A DNA stretch of 64,000 bases, from contig OX597815.1 in assembly GCA_951406725.2 (NCBI GenBank), forward strand, positions 79,484,001 through 79,548,000, given 5' to 3'. Position numbers and translations under genes: made by a program. Source of the DNA: Octopus vulgaris. Lineage: Eukaryota. Shown piece after piece: positions 26,526 through 37,986 of this stretch (positions are counted from its first letter, which is position 1; every line of letters begins with the position of its first letter). The notes under the pieces are model-generated. The model did no database searches. It saw only the letters and a program-made list of their open reading frames with translations, and was not told the DNA's origin.

Positions 26526-27420
26526 TGCGAGAAAAATGCACATGCAGTTTGCGCAAAAAAAGCTGGCTGGCTTGAAATAATGCCACAAAATGGGATGGTC
26601 GGACAAGTTGTTTTGAGAAAATTTGGTTTAAATGTTTGACCACTCAGCACCATTCATTGGACGGCTGTGGCTGGGGGGGGGGGTTGCTTGTACATAAATA
26701 TTTATATACAGGTAGAATAGTTAGTGGGCTGAATGTATGTGTGTGTATGTGTGTATATGTATGTGCAAATGTATGTAGGGAAATGGATATGAAAGTAAAC
26801 AGAAAGACATACAGACGGATAGGTACATAAGTAACATGAACAGACAAGCACACATACGCAAATGAAGACTGAAACGCATGACCATGTACACACACAAACT
26901 TCACTTCAGACAAGGTTACGTATGGAGATATACATCCACACATACAGACACAGTACATAGTCATAGTCACAACCACCATACACACACACTCAGACATCCA
27001 CACACATGCAAACACACACACATAAACATATAAAAACACACAAACACATGAATATGCAGAATACATACATACAAACGTACACACATACATACATATATAT
27101 ACATATGCACACACACACACACACACACATACATACACACACTTACATGCATGCATACATACATACATATGTATACTCACACACAATGACCCCCACACAT
27201 GCATACAAACAAACAAAAAGAATGCTGCTGGAATAACAAAAGAAAACGCAATGAAAATTTTAGAAAAATAAGTAAGTAAATGAGTGTAAATTTTACCGGT
27301 GAGTGTGTTAAATTATAAGGCACTAAAAGAGAATGACTCTCCCCAGACACAACAGAATATGCTTCAACACATGAACTCACATAAAGCCAAATCCAATATA
27401 TATATATATATTATATCTGC

Positions 27421-27965
27421 AAATGTAATATGTGACAATTATTCAGTAGCCATGATAAAACTCCGAGTTTCAGATGTTGGGGTGGAAATCCACAGCACCA
27501 TCTTTTCAGTTATCCAGCCATCGGAAAAAATGCTCATTTTCCCGATGGCCAGATAACTGAGGAGATGGTGGCATGGATTTCCACACAGACATCCGAAATT
27601 CGGAGTCTTATCATGGCTACTGAATCATCATCATCATCATTTAACGTCCGCTTTCCATGCTAGCATGGGTTGGACGGTTTAACTGGGGTCTGGGAAACCA
27701 GAAGGCTGCACCAGGCCCAGTCTGATCTGGCAGTGTTTCTACAGCTGGATGCCCTTCCTAACGCCAACTACTCCGTGAGTGTAGTGGGTGCTTTTTACGT
27801 GCCACCGGCACAGGTGCCAGACGAGGCTGGCAAACGGCCACGATTGGATGGTGCTTTTTACGTGCCACCGGCACGGAGACCAGACGAAGCTGGCAATGGC
27901 CACGATCAGATGGTGCTTTTTATGTGCCACCGGCACGGAGGCCATGTCACATATTACATTTACAA
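27421..27965. mobile_element. Palindromic mini-element of two inverted hammerhead-bearing arms, right arm interrupted by an RTE 3' fragment (27626-27944)
   Basis: 27441-27532 is the reverse complement of 27535-27625. The outer aaatgtaatatgtgaca is mirrored by tgtcacatattacattt after the RTE insert. Confidence 0.8.
27552..27612 (+). ncRNA. Type I hammerhead ribozyme-like motif
   Basis: Stem I gataa/ttatc, core CTGAGGA at 27557, stem II gatg-gtgg...ccac...catc, GAAA, stem III region ttcggag and a GTC triplet at 27605-27607. Confidence 0.7.
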
Positions 27966-28224
27966 ATTAATTCCTCTATTTACATAATATCAAGGTCTCT
28001 TTCATTCTTTTGTTGTCTTACCATTTCTATCAATATATATATATATATATAACACCCCATTCTATCCACAACCACGAACCCGAACCATATTTCACAACAG
28101 GGAATATAACAAACACACAGGACCTCTTAACACCAACAGACAACCCCTCTACCCCAACCATTTTTTAGACACAGCACACAGATACAGGCAAACAAAATAA
28201 CACAGGACAGAGAAGAGAAACAGA

Positions 28225-30459
28225 AACTAATTAAAGACATCAATTTAACCAATACAGAACCCAACCCCAACCTTCTCAACTTACTCTCCAAAGGTCTTAA
28301 ATTCACCCCCCCCCCACGTCCAAACTACTACGAAATGAAGGAAGACATTACAGAATTTTGTAGAAAATTGCGACTTAGTGAGGAACTATTCGACCAGCAC
28401 AATGAGGATGAGTCACTAGCTAGAAATAAAAGCAACTACACCCCACCAAAAGGTAGACGAATTCTGTGAGCACATTACAAACTTCCCCTACCAACATTTA
28501 CACAAACCAAAACCCAAACCAAACCTCAACAAGAAAGAGTGGGAAGAATTAAACAAATTAAAAAATGAAAGATCTATCACCATTAAAGAGGCCGATAAAG
28601 GAAGTGCAGTAGTCTTAATGGAGACAGAATACTATATCAACTTAGCACTCTCCACCTTGGAAAATGGAACATATTACGAAAAGGCTGAACACTACAATCA
28701 ACAGAAAATTATGAGAAACTTAAAAACCCTGATCAACCCCCACAAAGAAGAACTCACTAACAAAGAATTCAACTTCATCACAAATTTCACTAGTAAAACC
28801 AGCCTCTTCTACGGTATTCCCAAAATTCATAAAAGCGAATTAATAAGTAAGGCATGCAAGGAAGCCACAAACTCTGTAATCAATGTCCCCTCACCAAATG
28901 ACCTCAAATTGAAACCTATAATAGCAGGTCCCGCTTGCGAAACCCACCACCTTAGCAACTTCATTGATACCCTTCTCAAGCCCTTCCTCAAACACATTAA
29001 AAGCTACATAAGGGACGATCTAGATATGCTCAACCACCTCCCCAATACACTTCTTGCTGAACAAACCCTGCTAGTAACATTCGATGTAGTTAATCTTTAC
29101 TCCAACATCCCCCACAACCTAGGAATAGAAGCTATCCAATTCTGGCTGGATAATTACTCCAACGAACTCCCACACCGCATCAAAAAGGAATTTATTTTAG
29201 AAGGACTCAAATTCATCTTAGAGAATAATTTCTTCACCTTCAACAACAAATTCTACAGACAGAAATCAGGGACGGCAATGGGAACGAAAACAGCTCCCAC
29301 TGATGCCAACCTAGTCATGGGATACCTGGAAATCTATAATAAAGCTCTTAACCAATTTGGCACCACTCTCCACACACACATAGAGAAGAACTGGAAGAGA
29401 TATCTTGATGACTGCTTCATCCTTTGGACCGAAACCATCGAGAAGCTTAAAGAATTTCACACCCTTATAAATGGGCTCAACACAAACATTATTTTCACAA
29501 TGGAATACAGCCCTTAACAAATTCCCTTCCTCGACATCCTCATTAAAATTCACAACAAAAAATAGAAACAGACATATACTACAAGCCCACAGACTCCAAG
29601 CAATACCTCCTTTCAATTCATGCCACCCTAGACACGTTAAAATTAACATTCCCTACAACTTAGCCAAGAGAATTTGCACTATAGTCTCCAATAAAAACAC
29701 CCGTCTCTTATGTCTACAAGAACTTAAGGACACATTAACAAGCAGAGATTACCCCACGTCACTAATTGACAATGGGATCCAACGCGCCCTAAAACTCAGC
29801 ACACAGGAACTTAGACGCCCTAAACCTGTTACATCGAAACCCCATACTCTACCATACATCTCTACACACAACCCCCTCAACAATGAAGCTTTTGACACCA
29901 TCCTCCAGAAATTCCTGTATTAAAAAAGGACCATAGAATGAACCAAATCCTCCTAACACACGAAATCATAAAGAGCAAAAGGCAACCCAAATCATTGAAA
30001 ACCATCCTAACAAATGCCAAAGTACTGCCAACCACAACAACTAAACCAACAGTAAACAAATGCAATAGACCCAACTGTGGTATATGCATCAACCTAATAG
30101 AAGGTCCGGAATTCCTTTTTAAACTAGGACAACGTTTCACAGTAAAACACAACTTCACATGAGCATCAGAAAACCTAGTATATGTCTTAACTTGCTCGGG
30201 CTGTAATGAACACTACATAGGCCAAACTAAAAATAGCCTCCGCCAACGCATGACTGTCCACAGATCCCAAATAAAAATACAGGAATACAGAAAAATAGCA
30301 CTTAGTGCACATATTGATACCTGTGCCGCACAACTTCATCCCAATTTTAGAATCTTTCCCCTCTACAAATTTAAAGACAATGCCACTCATACCCAGCGAA
30401 TAACCATGGAATCCCACCTTATTAATAAATACAGACCACTTCTAAACACATCCCCCTAA
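28225..30459 (+). pseudogene. Penelope RT/GIY-YIG endonuclease polyprotein with stops and frameshifts
   Basis: Collinear ORF pieces 28618-29517, 29471-29923, 29938-30162 and 30250-30459, with in-frame stops at ~29515 and ~30160. Confidence 0.9.
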
Positions 30460-30969
30460 CACTAACCCACAACAAACACACTTACACCTGCACACACCCT
30501 ACACACACTTTTACCCAGATATTAACACCATGACACACGTAAATATATGGTTCCACACATACACGTAATTTGATACGGGTGCAAAACATCCAACACTATT
30601 ATTTGGAAATGACTGTAAATATTGACTTCACACAAACACGTTGCTTCCCGATACAGGCACAAGGCCAGCAGAACTATAAATATTGAAAATTGTACCCACA
30701 CACGCACACATATATACACGCGCGCGCGCCCCAACATACATATAAACACACACACACACACGCGCGCGCACACATACATACATATAGCTCTTCCTGTCCT
30801 AAACGAACTTACTTATCCAGCTCAAATTCAGTCAAGCGGAAAATACACTCCTTAACTACGCACTAAAAAGCTATTTAAAATATCCAGATGACGTCTACTG
30901 ACCAGCCTGAACAATAAGAATTTTCAATGACGCTATTTTCGAAAACTCCATACACCACCCACATCAACA

Positions 30970-31245
30970 TTCATTCTAAACATTCACGTGACCTCTCTAT
31001 TATGACCACATCCACGTGACCTCTTTATTATGACCAATAAGAAATTTTAGGCGCGACACTAGCCAAATTTTAACATCTCTGGAGCCTATTTTCTTACCCC
31101 AAAACCAACTTCCATTCAAACATTCACGTGACCCCTTTATAATGACCAATCAAAATTGTATTGACCATTGTCCACAAGAAATTTAAGGCGCGAAACCAAG
31201 CAAATCTTAAACAACTCTGGAGCCTCTTTTTTCACATATAAGAGA
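30970..31245 (+). promoter_or_regulatory. Duplicated promoter-like module in the Penelope pLTR
   Basis: CACGTG at 30985, 31013 and 31125; CCAAT at 31034 and 31146; GGCGCGAAA at 31187; TATAA at 31237. The ~140-bp module occurs twice. Confidence 0.5.
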
Positions 31246-31320
31246 CAGCAAACCCAACATAAAGTCAGATAAGAGAAAAAAATCTATCAGAAAGGAACTC
31301 TATCTCTCTTAAAAAAATAT

Positions 31321-31358
31321 CTTTTGATAAGCATAACAAATGCGCAACCGGTAAAAAG
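31321..31358 (+). ncRNA. Degenerate minimal hammerhead motif in the Penelope pLTR
   Basis: ctt-TTGATAA-gcat-aacaa-atgc-GCAA-CCGG-TA-aaaag: correct topology but three core substitutions. Confidence 0.5.
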
Positions 31359-31609
31359 AACTTTCACCTAATTAAATACACTCTCCCTTACTTAAATTAT
31401 TTTGTCAGCATTTTCTTCATTTCCTTTATATATATATATATATTTTACATACATACATACATATGACAGGCTTCTTTCAGTTTCTGTCAACTAAATCCAA
31501 CCACAAGGCTTTGGTTGACTAGAGGCTATAGTAAAAAATACTTGTCCAAAGTACCATGCAGTGGGACTCAACCCAGAACTATGTGGTTGGGAAGCAAGCC
31601 TGTACCTAC

Positions 31610-31610
<1 letters not shown>

Positions 31611-31671
<61 letters not shown>

Positions 31672-31676
31672 GTCTA

Positions 31677-31727
<51 letters not shown>

Positions 31728-31747
31728 GACTGTCTGTCTGTCTGTCT
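31611..31747. repeat. Compound (TATC)n(TGTC)n microsatellite
   Basis: Directly visible in the sequence. Confidence 0.95.
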
Positions 31748-31854
31748 CTTTATATATATATTCACACAAACACCCCCACACAAACATACACACACACACA
31801 CATATATGCTGGGTAACCATGTATCTCCTTTACAGCAGCACACCTGTTTTTGCC

Positions 31855-31894
<40 letters not shown>

Positions 31895-32747
31895 CTCTCT
31901 GGCCCGGTAACCATGTACATCCCCTACAGCAAGTCACCTGTTTTTGTCTCTCTGTATTACTCTGACCTTTCATCATCTGACACAAGATCTCCTCTTCCAA
32001 TGCCCTCCTCTCTTCTCAAAGGGGTTGTTATTTCTAGCAGGTAAAGCTTGGCTAATTCATGCCATCTTGGTTGGTGTTTGTCAGATGACATCAGATATCA
32101 AGGGGCAGAAAAATGACATTTGCTTCATGATTTTTAAGTCAAAATAAGAACTTTGAGACAAATTGGCCAACAGTTGGAATTCAACTTGGGACTGGAACAA
32201 TAGAATGTTTGCATTACAGAATTAATTCTCATTTGTCCTTAACCTCTGATTAAACACCACCAGGGCATATGGTCATTATAGATGTATTATTATTGGACAG
32301 TTTGAACTGAGTTGGCTAGTTCAAATATTCAATAAACTTCAGAAATTGAAATTACAGGAAATTCCTTGGGACATGAAATTATCAAAAAATTACCAAAAAA
32401 TTAAAATAAGTTCAATACACTCTGAAATTGTCAAAGAAATGCTTTAATTTTTTTTAGATTTAAATAAAATAGATAAAATAATGATGACTACACATGTACC
32501 TGTACATGCTGGACAAAATGAATAATAATAATAATGATAATAATAATAATAATGGCAGCATAGACAAAATGACAAATGGTTTGGTGCATGAGTTCTGGCC
32601 CATCCTATGTATGTGCATGTGTGTGTGTACGCACACACGTGTCAAGATATATATATATATGTATATTTATATGTATGTATATCCTTCAAATTTGTTTATA
32701 GCAAATGTTTTTGAGAACCCAAGCTAGCATAGGAAGCAGATGTTAAA

Positions 32748-32860
32748 CGATGATGATGATGATGATGATCATGATGATGATGGTGACGATGACGACGATG
32801 ATGACGATGACGACGATGACGACGATGATGACGACGATGATGATGATGATGATGATGATG
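32748..32860. repeat. (GAT/GAC)n tract, the tail of a minimal RTE 3' end
   Basis: Preceded by gctagcataggaagcagatgttaaac. Confidence 0.85.
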
Positions 32861-33021
32861 CTCCTGCTGCATATAAAAGCTCCTATTTTATTATGTCAGC
32901 TACAGTCTAATGATACCAACTGGCAATAGCAGTTTTACGAGGTTGTACAGAGCTGTGCTGAAAATGATTTAGTCTAAATATAGCTTAATAATCCATGGAT
33001 GGAATTTATAGATATTTTAAT

Positions 33022-33715
33022 GCATCACTACATGTGTTTCCACAAATGACATGTTTCTTACGATCATAGTCTATATTCATGGGATGATTACAGTATAGTT
33101 TGTAGTATCTATGGATGTCGGATAGATCATATTCATGTGTTCATTTCCTCAGGTGATACGGCTGATACGGCATTAACGTTGGAAACAGTGAATGTATAAC
33201 TAAAGGTTGTTTATCAATTTTAACCAATGCAAAGGTTGATTGAGGTATGTGGGCAGTTCTGTGTGTATTTGGTAGGGAGGAGTAGAAGGTGATGGAAAGA
33301 AAGAAAGGAATGGTAATTATGGAGGAGAGAGAGAGGTGTGTGTGGTGATGTTAGGCTTATTTTGATATTTGTATATGCAGATGTCAGGATGGGTAGTATA
33401 GTTCGTTGGTTCTTCCTCAATGAATTCAGATGTAGAAGGGTCAGCATATGCAGCTATTCAGTTGTTGAAGTTCATTGTCTGATTTGACAAATGATGTTCC
33501 CGTAAAATGTCCTTTTAATTACTTTTGATGGTACAATGATATAATTAACATACAGTATTGCAAAATAATGTTTTTTTTCTGTTGGTTTATATGTCCTTCT
33601 CATGTTCCATTATATGTTAAAGGTGTTGGTGTTTTTCTGTTTCAAAATGTTCCTTTTGAATTACATGAATGATGCCTTGCTTTTGGGTTTGAGGTCAGTA
33701 GGACCATGTCTCATA
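33022..33715 (-). mobile_element. Decayed Penelope-like 3' region ending in a hammerhead-like motif (33022-33159)
   Basis: The minus strand is A/C-rich and carries gtatcac-CTGAGGA-[long stem II]-GAAAC-ACAT-GTA-gtgatgc. Confidence 0.5.
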
Positions 33716-34457
33716 ATAACACATACATGTATACAAGCACACACACACACACATACACACACTTACACACACATATATACACACTTGTACACACATGTAC
33801 ACACACACACGTACACACATGCACGTACACATGTACACACACACACATGAGCTAAAACTTAACAAGCAAGTCTTTTATGCAACAAAGATATGTGGGGAGA
33901 AGGCTGGCACCGCTAGATTATCTGTTTATTTAAACAATACATAATTATGAGACAAATCTCAAATACTGTACTGGATCAGCTAGAACTTGGTTGGCTGAGA
34001 TCTTGGGGAATTGGAGGTGAAGCTGCAATCCTTGCTGTGCACTTACAGCCCTCTGAAGCCTTGAGTTTTGGTTAGATTAAAATAATTCTTTCTGTTATAA
34101 GCATAAGGGCTGAAATTTTTGCAGAAATGGCTAGTTGATTACATCAACCTCAGTGGCTGACTAGCACTCCTTTAATCAAACCTGAAAGGATGAAAGGCAA
34201 ACTTGACCTCAGCAGCATTTGTACTCAGAAGGTATAACCAGAAAAAATGCCACTAAGAATTTTGTTTCATGTGCTTACAATTCGCACAGCTCAGTGCATT
34301 GGACAGATTGAATGAAGTTAACTATAATTCAGACCAATTCACACAGTTCTATAAATGTTTCCTTCAGGAGGATCAAAACCCTGCCCTTGATGGTGGGTGG
34401 AGCTATGAAGACTGAATAGATGTCCAACAAATTACCATATTTAAGAAAATTAAGCTA

Positions 34458-34786
34458 AGCACAGGCATGGCTGTGAGGTAAAAGCTTGTTTCCCAATCAC
34501 ATAGTTCAGGGTTTAGTCCCACTGTGAGGCACTTTGGGAAAGTGTCCTCTACTATACCCTCAGGTCAACCAAGGCCTTGTGAGTGGATTTGGCAGAGGGA
34601 AACTGAAAGAAGCCCATTGCATATATGACATGTAAAAGCATCCATTACACTCTCAGAGTGATTGGCATCAGGAAGAACATCAAGCTGTAGAAACTGCCAA
34701 ATCAGACTGGAGTTTGGTGCAGCCTTCCAGCTTGCCACCACTGATCAAACAGTCCAACTCATGCCAGCATGGACAATGGACGTTAA

Positions 34787-34820
<34 letters not shown>
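34458..34820 (+). mobile_element. SINE A head and core joined to an RTE-type 3' tail
   Basis: Family A head and core run to 34620, then gtaaaagcatcc...ggacgttaaatgatgatgat. Confidence 0.65.
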
Positions 34821-34848
<28 letters not shown>

Positions 34849-36653
34849 ACTGGCACTCTGCCGGTTATGATGACAAAGGTTCCAGTTGATCCAATCACCG
34901 GAACAGCCTTCATGTGAATTAACGCGCAAGTGGCTGACCACTCCACAGACACATGTACCCTTAATATAGTTCTCAGGGAGATTCAGTGTGACACAAGATG
35001 TGACAAGGCTGACCCTTTAAAATACAGATACTACTCATTTTTGTCTGCTGAGTGAACTGGAGTAAGTAAAGTGTATTGCTCAAAGACACAATTCACTACT
35101 GCAAGACTAATACCCTAAGCACTAAAACGATTTCTGCCGTAGTGTGTCAACAACATTTATTTCTGGTGTCATACAAAATTGTCACTGTTATTTATGAGAA
35201 AAAAAGATACCCTGTGGCCATAAACTGAGGGGTCACTCGTAAACAGAGCTGGATAACAAAACCTCTCCCTCTTTAGTGTCCACCCATAATTATGGCCTTA
35301 GTATCGATCTATTGCATTTCAATCTGTTTTGGGTTAGGACTAGGGTTAAAGTTAGGGCTAAGGTTTAGGTTAGGGTTAGGGGTGGGGGGAAGGGTATCTT
35401 TTTTTCTTCAGAAATGTAAATAAACCCAATCTGTTCCTTAAACGGACATTTTCATATTTCACCGCCAGAAAATTTTACGGCAGATAATGTTTTCACCTCA
35501 ATAGACGTCATTGATTGGTTGAAATTGCCAAAATTGAAGAAAATGTCTTACAAACTACAGAATTTTATCAAGAAAGCCAAGAGAAAAAGATGTTTTATAA
35601 ACACATTCTACCAGTATACGAAGTTTAAAAGTGTTTAGTTACATAGAAATTATAAAAAAAAAACTATTAATGTATGTGTGTGTGTGTGTGTGTGTGGTAT
35701 ATTTATGTGTGTGTGTGTTTTGTTTCCCACCATCACTTGATAACCAGTATTGATGTATTTACGCCCCTGTATAAATTGTAAAGCATTCATTGAATTTCTA
35801 AAGGGACATAATTGAACTACATTTGGTCAAGAGGGGAATAAAGTACTGCGAAATTGAGTCAAGATTGAAATATATGCCACAATGATATTATTTTCCTTTT
35901 CTTTCGTTTATTTTTTTTCCCCATAGTGTCTAATATATCTTTTCAGTTGAAAATCTTTGCAGTAAATTCATTTAAATATGTAAATGTTATTATAATTAGA
36001 ATTGTTACCTCCCTTAACGTAATGGGTGATACGTATAAAATGTAAGGGAAATAACCAAGTAAAGAACTGGCTTATTCATGTTTGGAGTTGTCTTTCTTGT
36101 TTGTCTGGATATGGGTAAGTTGTCAAATGGACACCAAATTTGGAATAAGATGGAATCGATTCAATCGATTGCTACTAAGTAGGTACTTTATTTGTCTCCC
36201 GAGGCAAAGTTTATCTCAGCGAAATTTAAACTCAGAAAGTATAGGATTAACCTAATTCATTAATATTTTTTCTCTGCTTCGTTTATAAATGAACTTTTTT
36301 AAATATTCACGTATGAAATATATTAGCACAAACTTACCTAACATGAAAGAAGAAAACCAAACGTTTCGAGAGTAATACTTTCCTGAAAGCTAATCATAAC
36401 ACAAAATAAATTACCCCATTGATTTTCATGTTTTATAGTGATAATGCGTTTCGACGAATTTTTCTTCGAAATAAATGAATATACATATTTCTTTACTACC
36501 CACAATGGGCTACACACAGAGGGGACAAATAAGGACAGGCAAACGGATTACGTCGACCCCAGTGCATAATTGGTACTTAATTTATCGACCCCGAAAGAAT
36601 GAAAGGCAAAGTCGACCTCGGCGGAATTTGAACTCAGAATGTAACGGCTATAC

Positions 36654-37202
36654 GGCAAGACTCCCGCCCGTCCCCCACCAAAAACCACCCTTTTTAAAAC
36701 TTTTTTCCACTCCACCCCCTATTCGGCTACGGGGAATACGAATCTGCAAAAAAAAAAAAAAAAAATTGGCAAAAATCGACATTTCAAAATTACCCATCCT
36801 CCTTTTCCTTCATTTTAAACTTTTTTTCAGAATTTTTTTTTCTCAAAATATGCGAAAAAATACGGAGATTATGATTCTGAAAAAAATTTCCAAAAATCTT
36901 TGTAAATTTTTTAAAAAGAATTTTTTCTTTTCTAAATATACGGAAAAATACGGACATCAGGATTCGGATAAACATTTCAAAACATTTCTGTACTTACGGT
37001 TAGGGTTTTAGGGTTAGGGTTTTAGTGTTAGTGTTGCGGAAAAAAGTCAAAACTGAAGAAGTTGGGGGGAAGGGGGCGGGATTTTCACAATGCCGATTTT
37101 TGGCAATTTACCGGAACTTCTGTATCCGAAAACGGGGATATTTTGCAAAAAAATTTTTTTAAATAAACAAATTTGGGAGAAAATGGGGTAGGGGAACGGT
37201 CC
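36654..37202. mobile_element. MITE, inverted copy of the 14724-15221 family, with a telomere-like tract
   Basis: Starts ggcaagactccc, internal sequence is the reverse complement of 14760-15180, and ggttagggttttagggttagggttttag lies at ~36998-37025. Confidence 0.75.
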
Positions 37203-37654
37203 AATACGACGATATTTAAGCTTGAAAATAATAAATTTCTAATCATATACAGTACAATATCTACAAATGAAAGCATTTGAAGAATAAATAAAAATCGTAG
37301 TTCGTAATATGTACGTTCTAGCCGCAAAAGATGTTGACTGCTATCTGAGGCGTGGTGGTGGTGTTGGTGGTTGGTGGTGATGGTAGTGGTGGTTAAATGA
37401 AAGTTACTGGGAGGATGAGAGAGAAAATCCATACTATTGTTTGTTATCATCAACATTGTAAACTCCTCTTTTAATTTTCATGTTACGTTCCTGATTATGG
37501 TTGTTATCAGCAAAAAATTTGCAAATCTTCCTCTGTAAGTGCCAACCCTTTACCAATATCTTTTGCCGTCAATTGAAGTGAAGTTGGTGTAGTTTCCGTA
37601 TGCTCGCATGTATTCTGAAATCCTCTTTGTTCTAATAACACCAGCCCCTAATAA

Positions 37655-37705
37655 TTAGGGACACTAGCAACTTAGGACACTAGCAACTAGGACACTAGCA
37701 ACTTA
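37655..37705. repeat. Three tandem copies of a 15-16-bp unit (taggacactagcaact)
   Basis: Directly visible in the sequence. Confidence 0.9.
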
Positions 37706-37770
37706 GCCGCATATTATCATTTGGAATTTCACGTATACTATGTAGGCGCAGGCGTGGTTGTGTGGTAAGA

Positions 37771-37986
37771 AAGGCGGCGAGCTGGCAGAATCGTTAGCGG
37801 TATTTCGTCTGCCGTTACGTTCTGAGTTCAAATTACGCCGAGGTCGACTTTGCCTTTCATCTTTTCGGGGTCGATAAATTAAGTACCAGTTACGCACTGG
37901 GTCGATGTAATCAACTCAGTCCCTTTGTTTGTTCTTGTTTGTCCCCTCTATGTTTATCCCCTTGTGGGCAATAAAGAAATAAGAAA
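37771..37986 (+). mobile_element. SINE family B inserted into the head of a SINE A
   Basis: Runs from ggcggcgagctggcagaatcgttagc to gggcaataaagaaat, flanked by a taagaaa duplication. Confidence 0.85.

Larger units (their letters stand above)
28050..31430 (+). mobile_element. Penelope-like retroelement (probably Neptune-type), near full length and disrupted
   Basis: RT motifs LVTFDVVNLYSNIP, QKSGTAMGTKTAP and RYLDDCF; Cys linker KCNRPNCGIC; GIY-YIG domain NLVYVLTCSGCNEHYIGQT...RQRMTVHR. Flanked by (TA)n, with a 3' pLTR. Confidence 0.93.

Noticed and set aside
35330-35385. Possible telomere or chromosome-fusion scar
   Set aside because: The short degenerate TTAGGG tract is internal to a MITE family also present at 16993-17403.
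36475-37011. 178-aa ORF
   Set aside because: It spans a SINE B and a MITE, with low-complexity K/F-rich translation.
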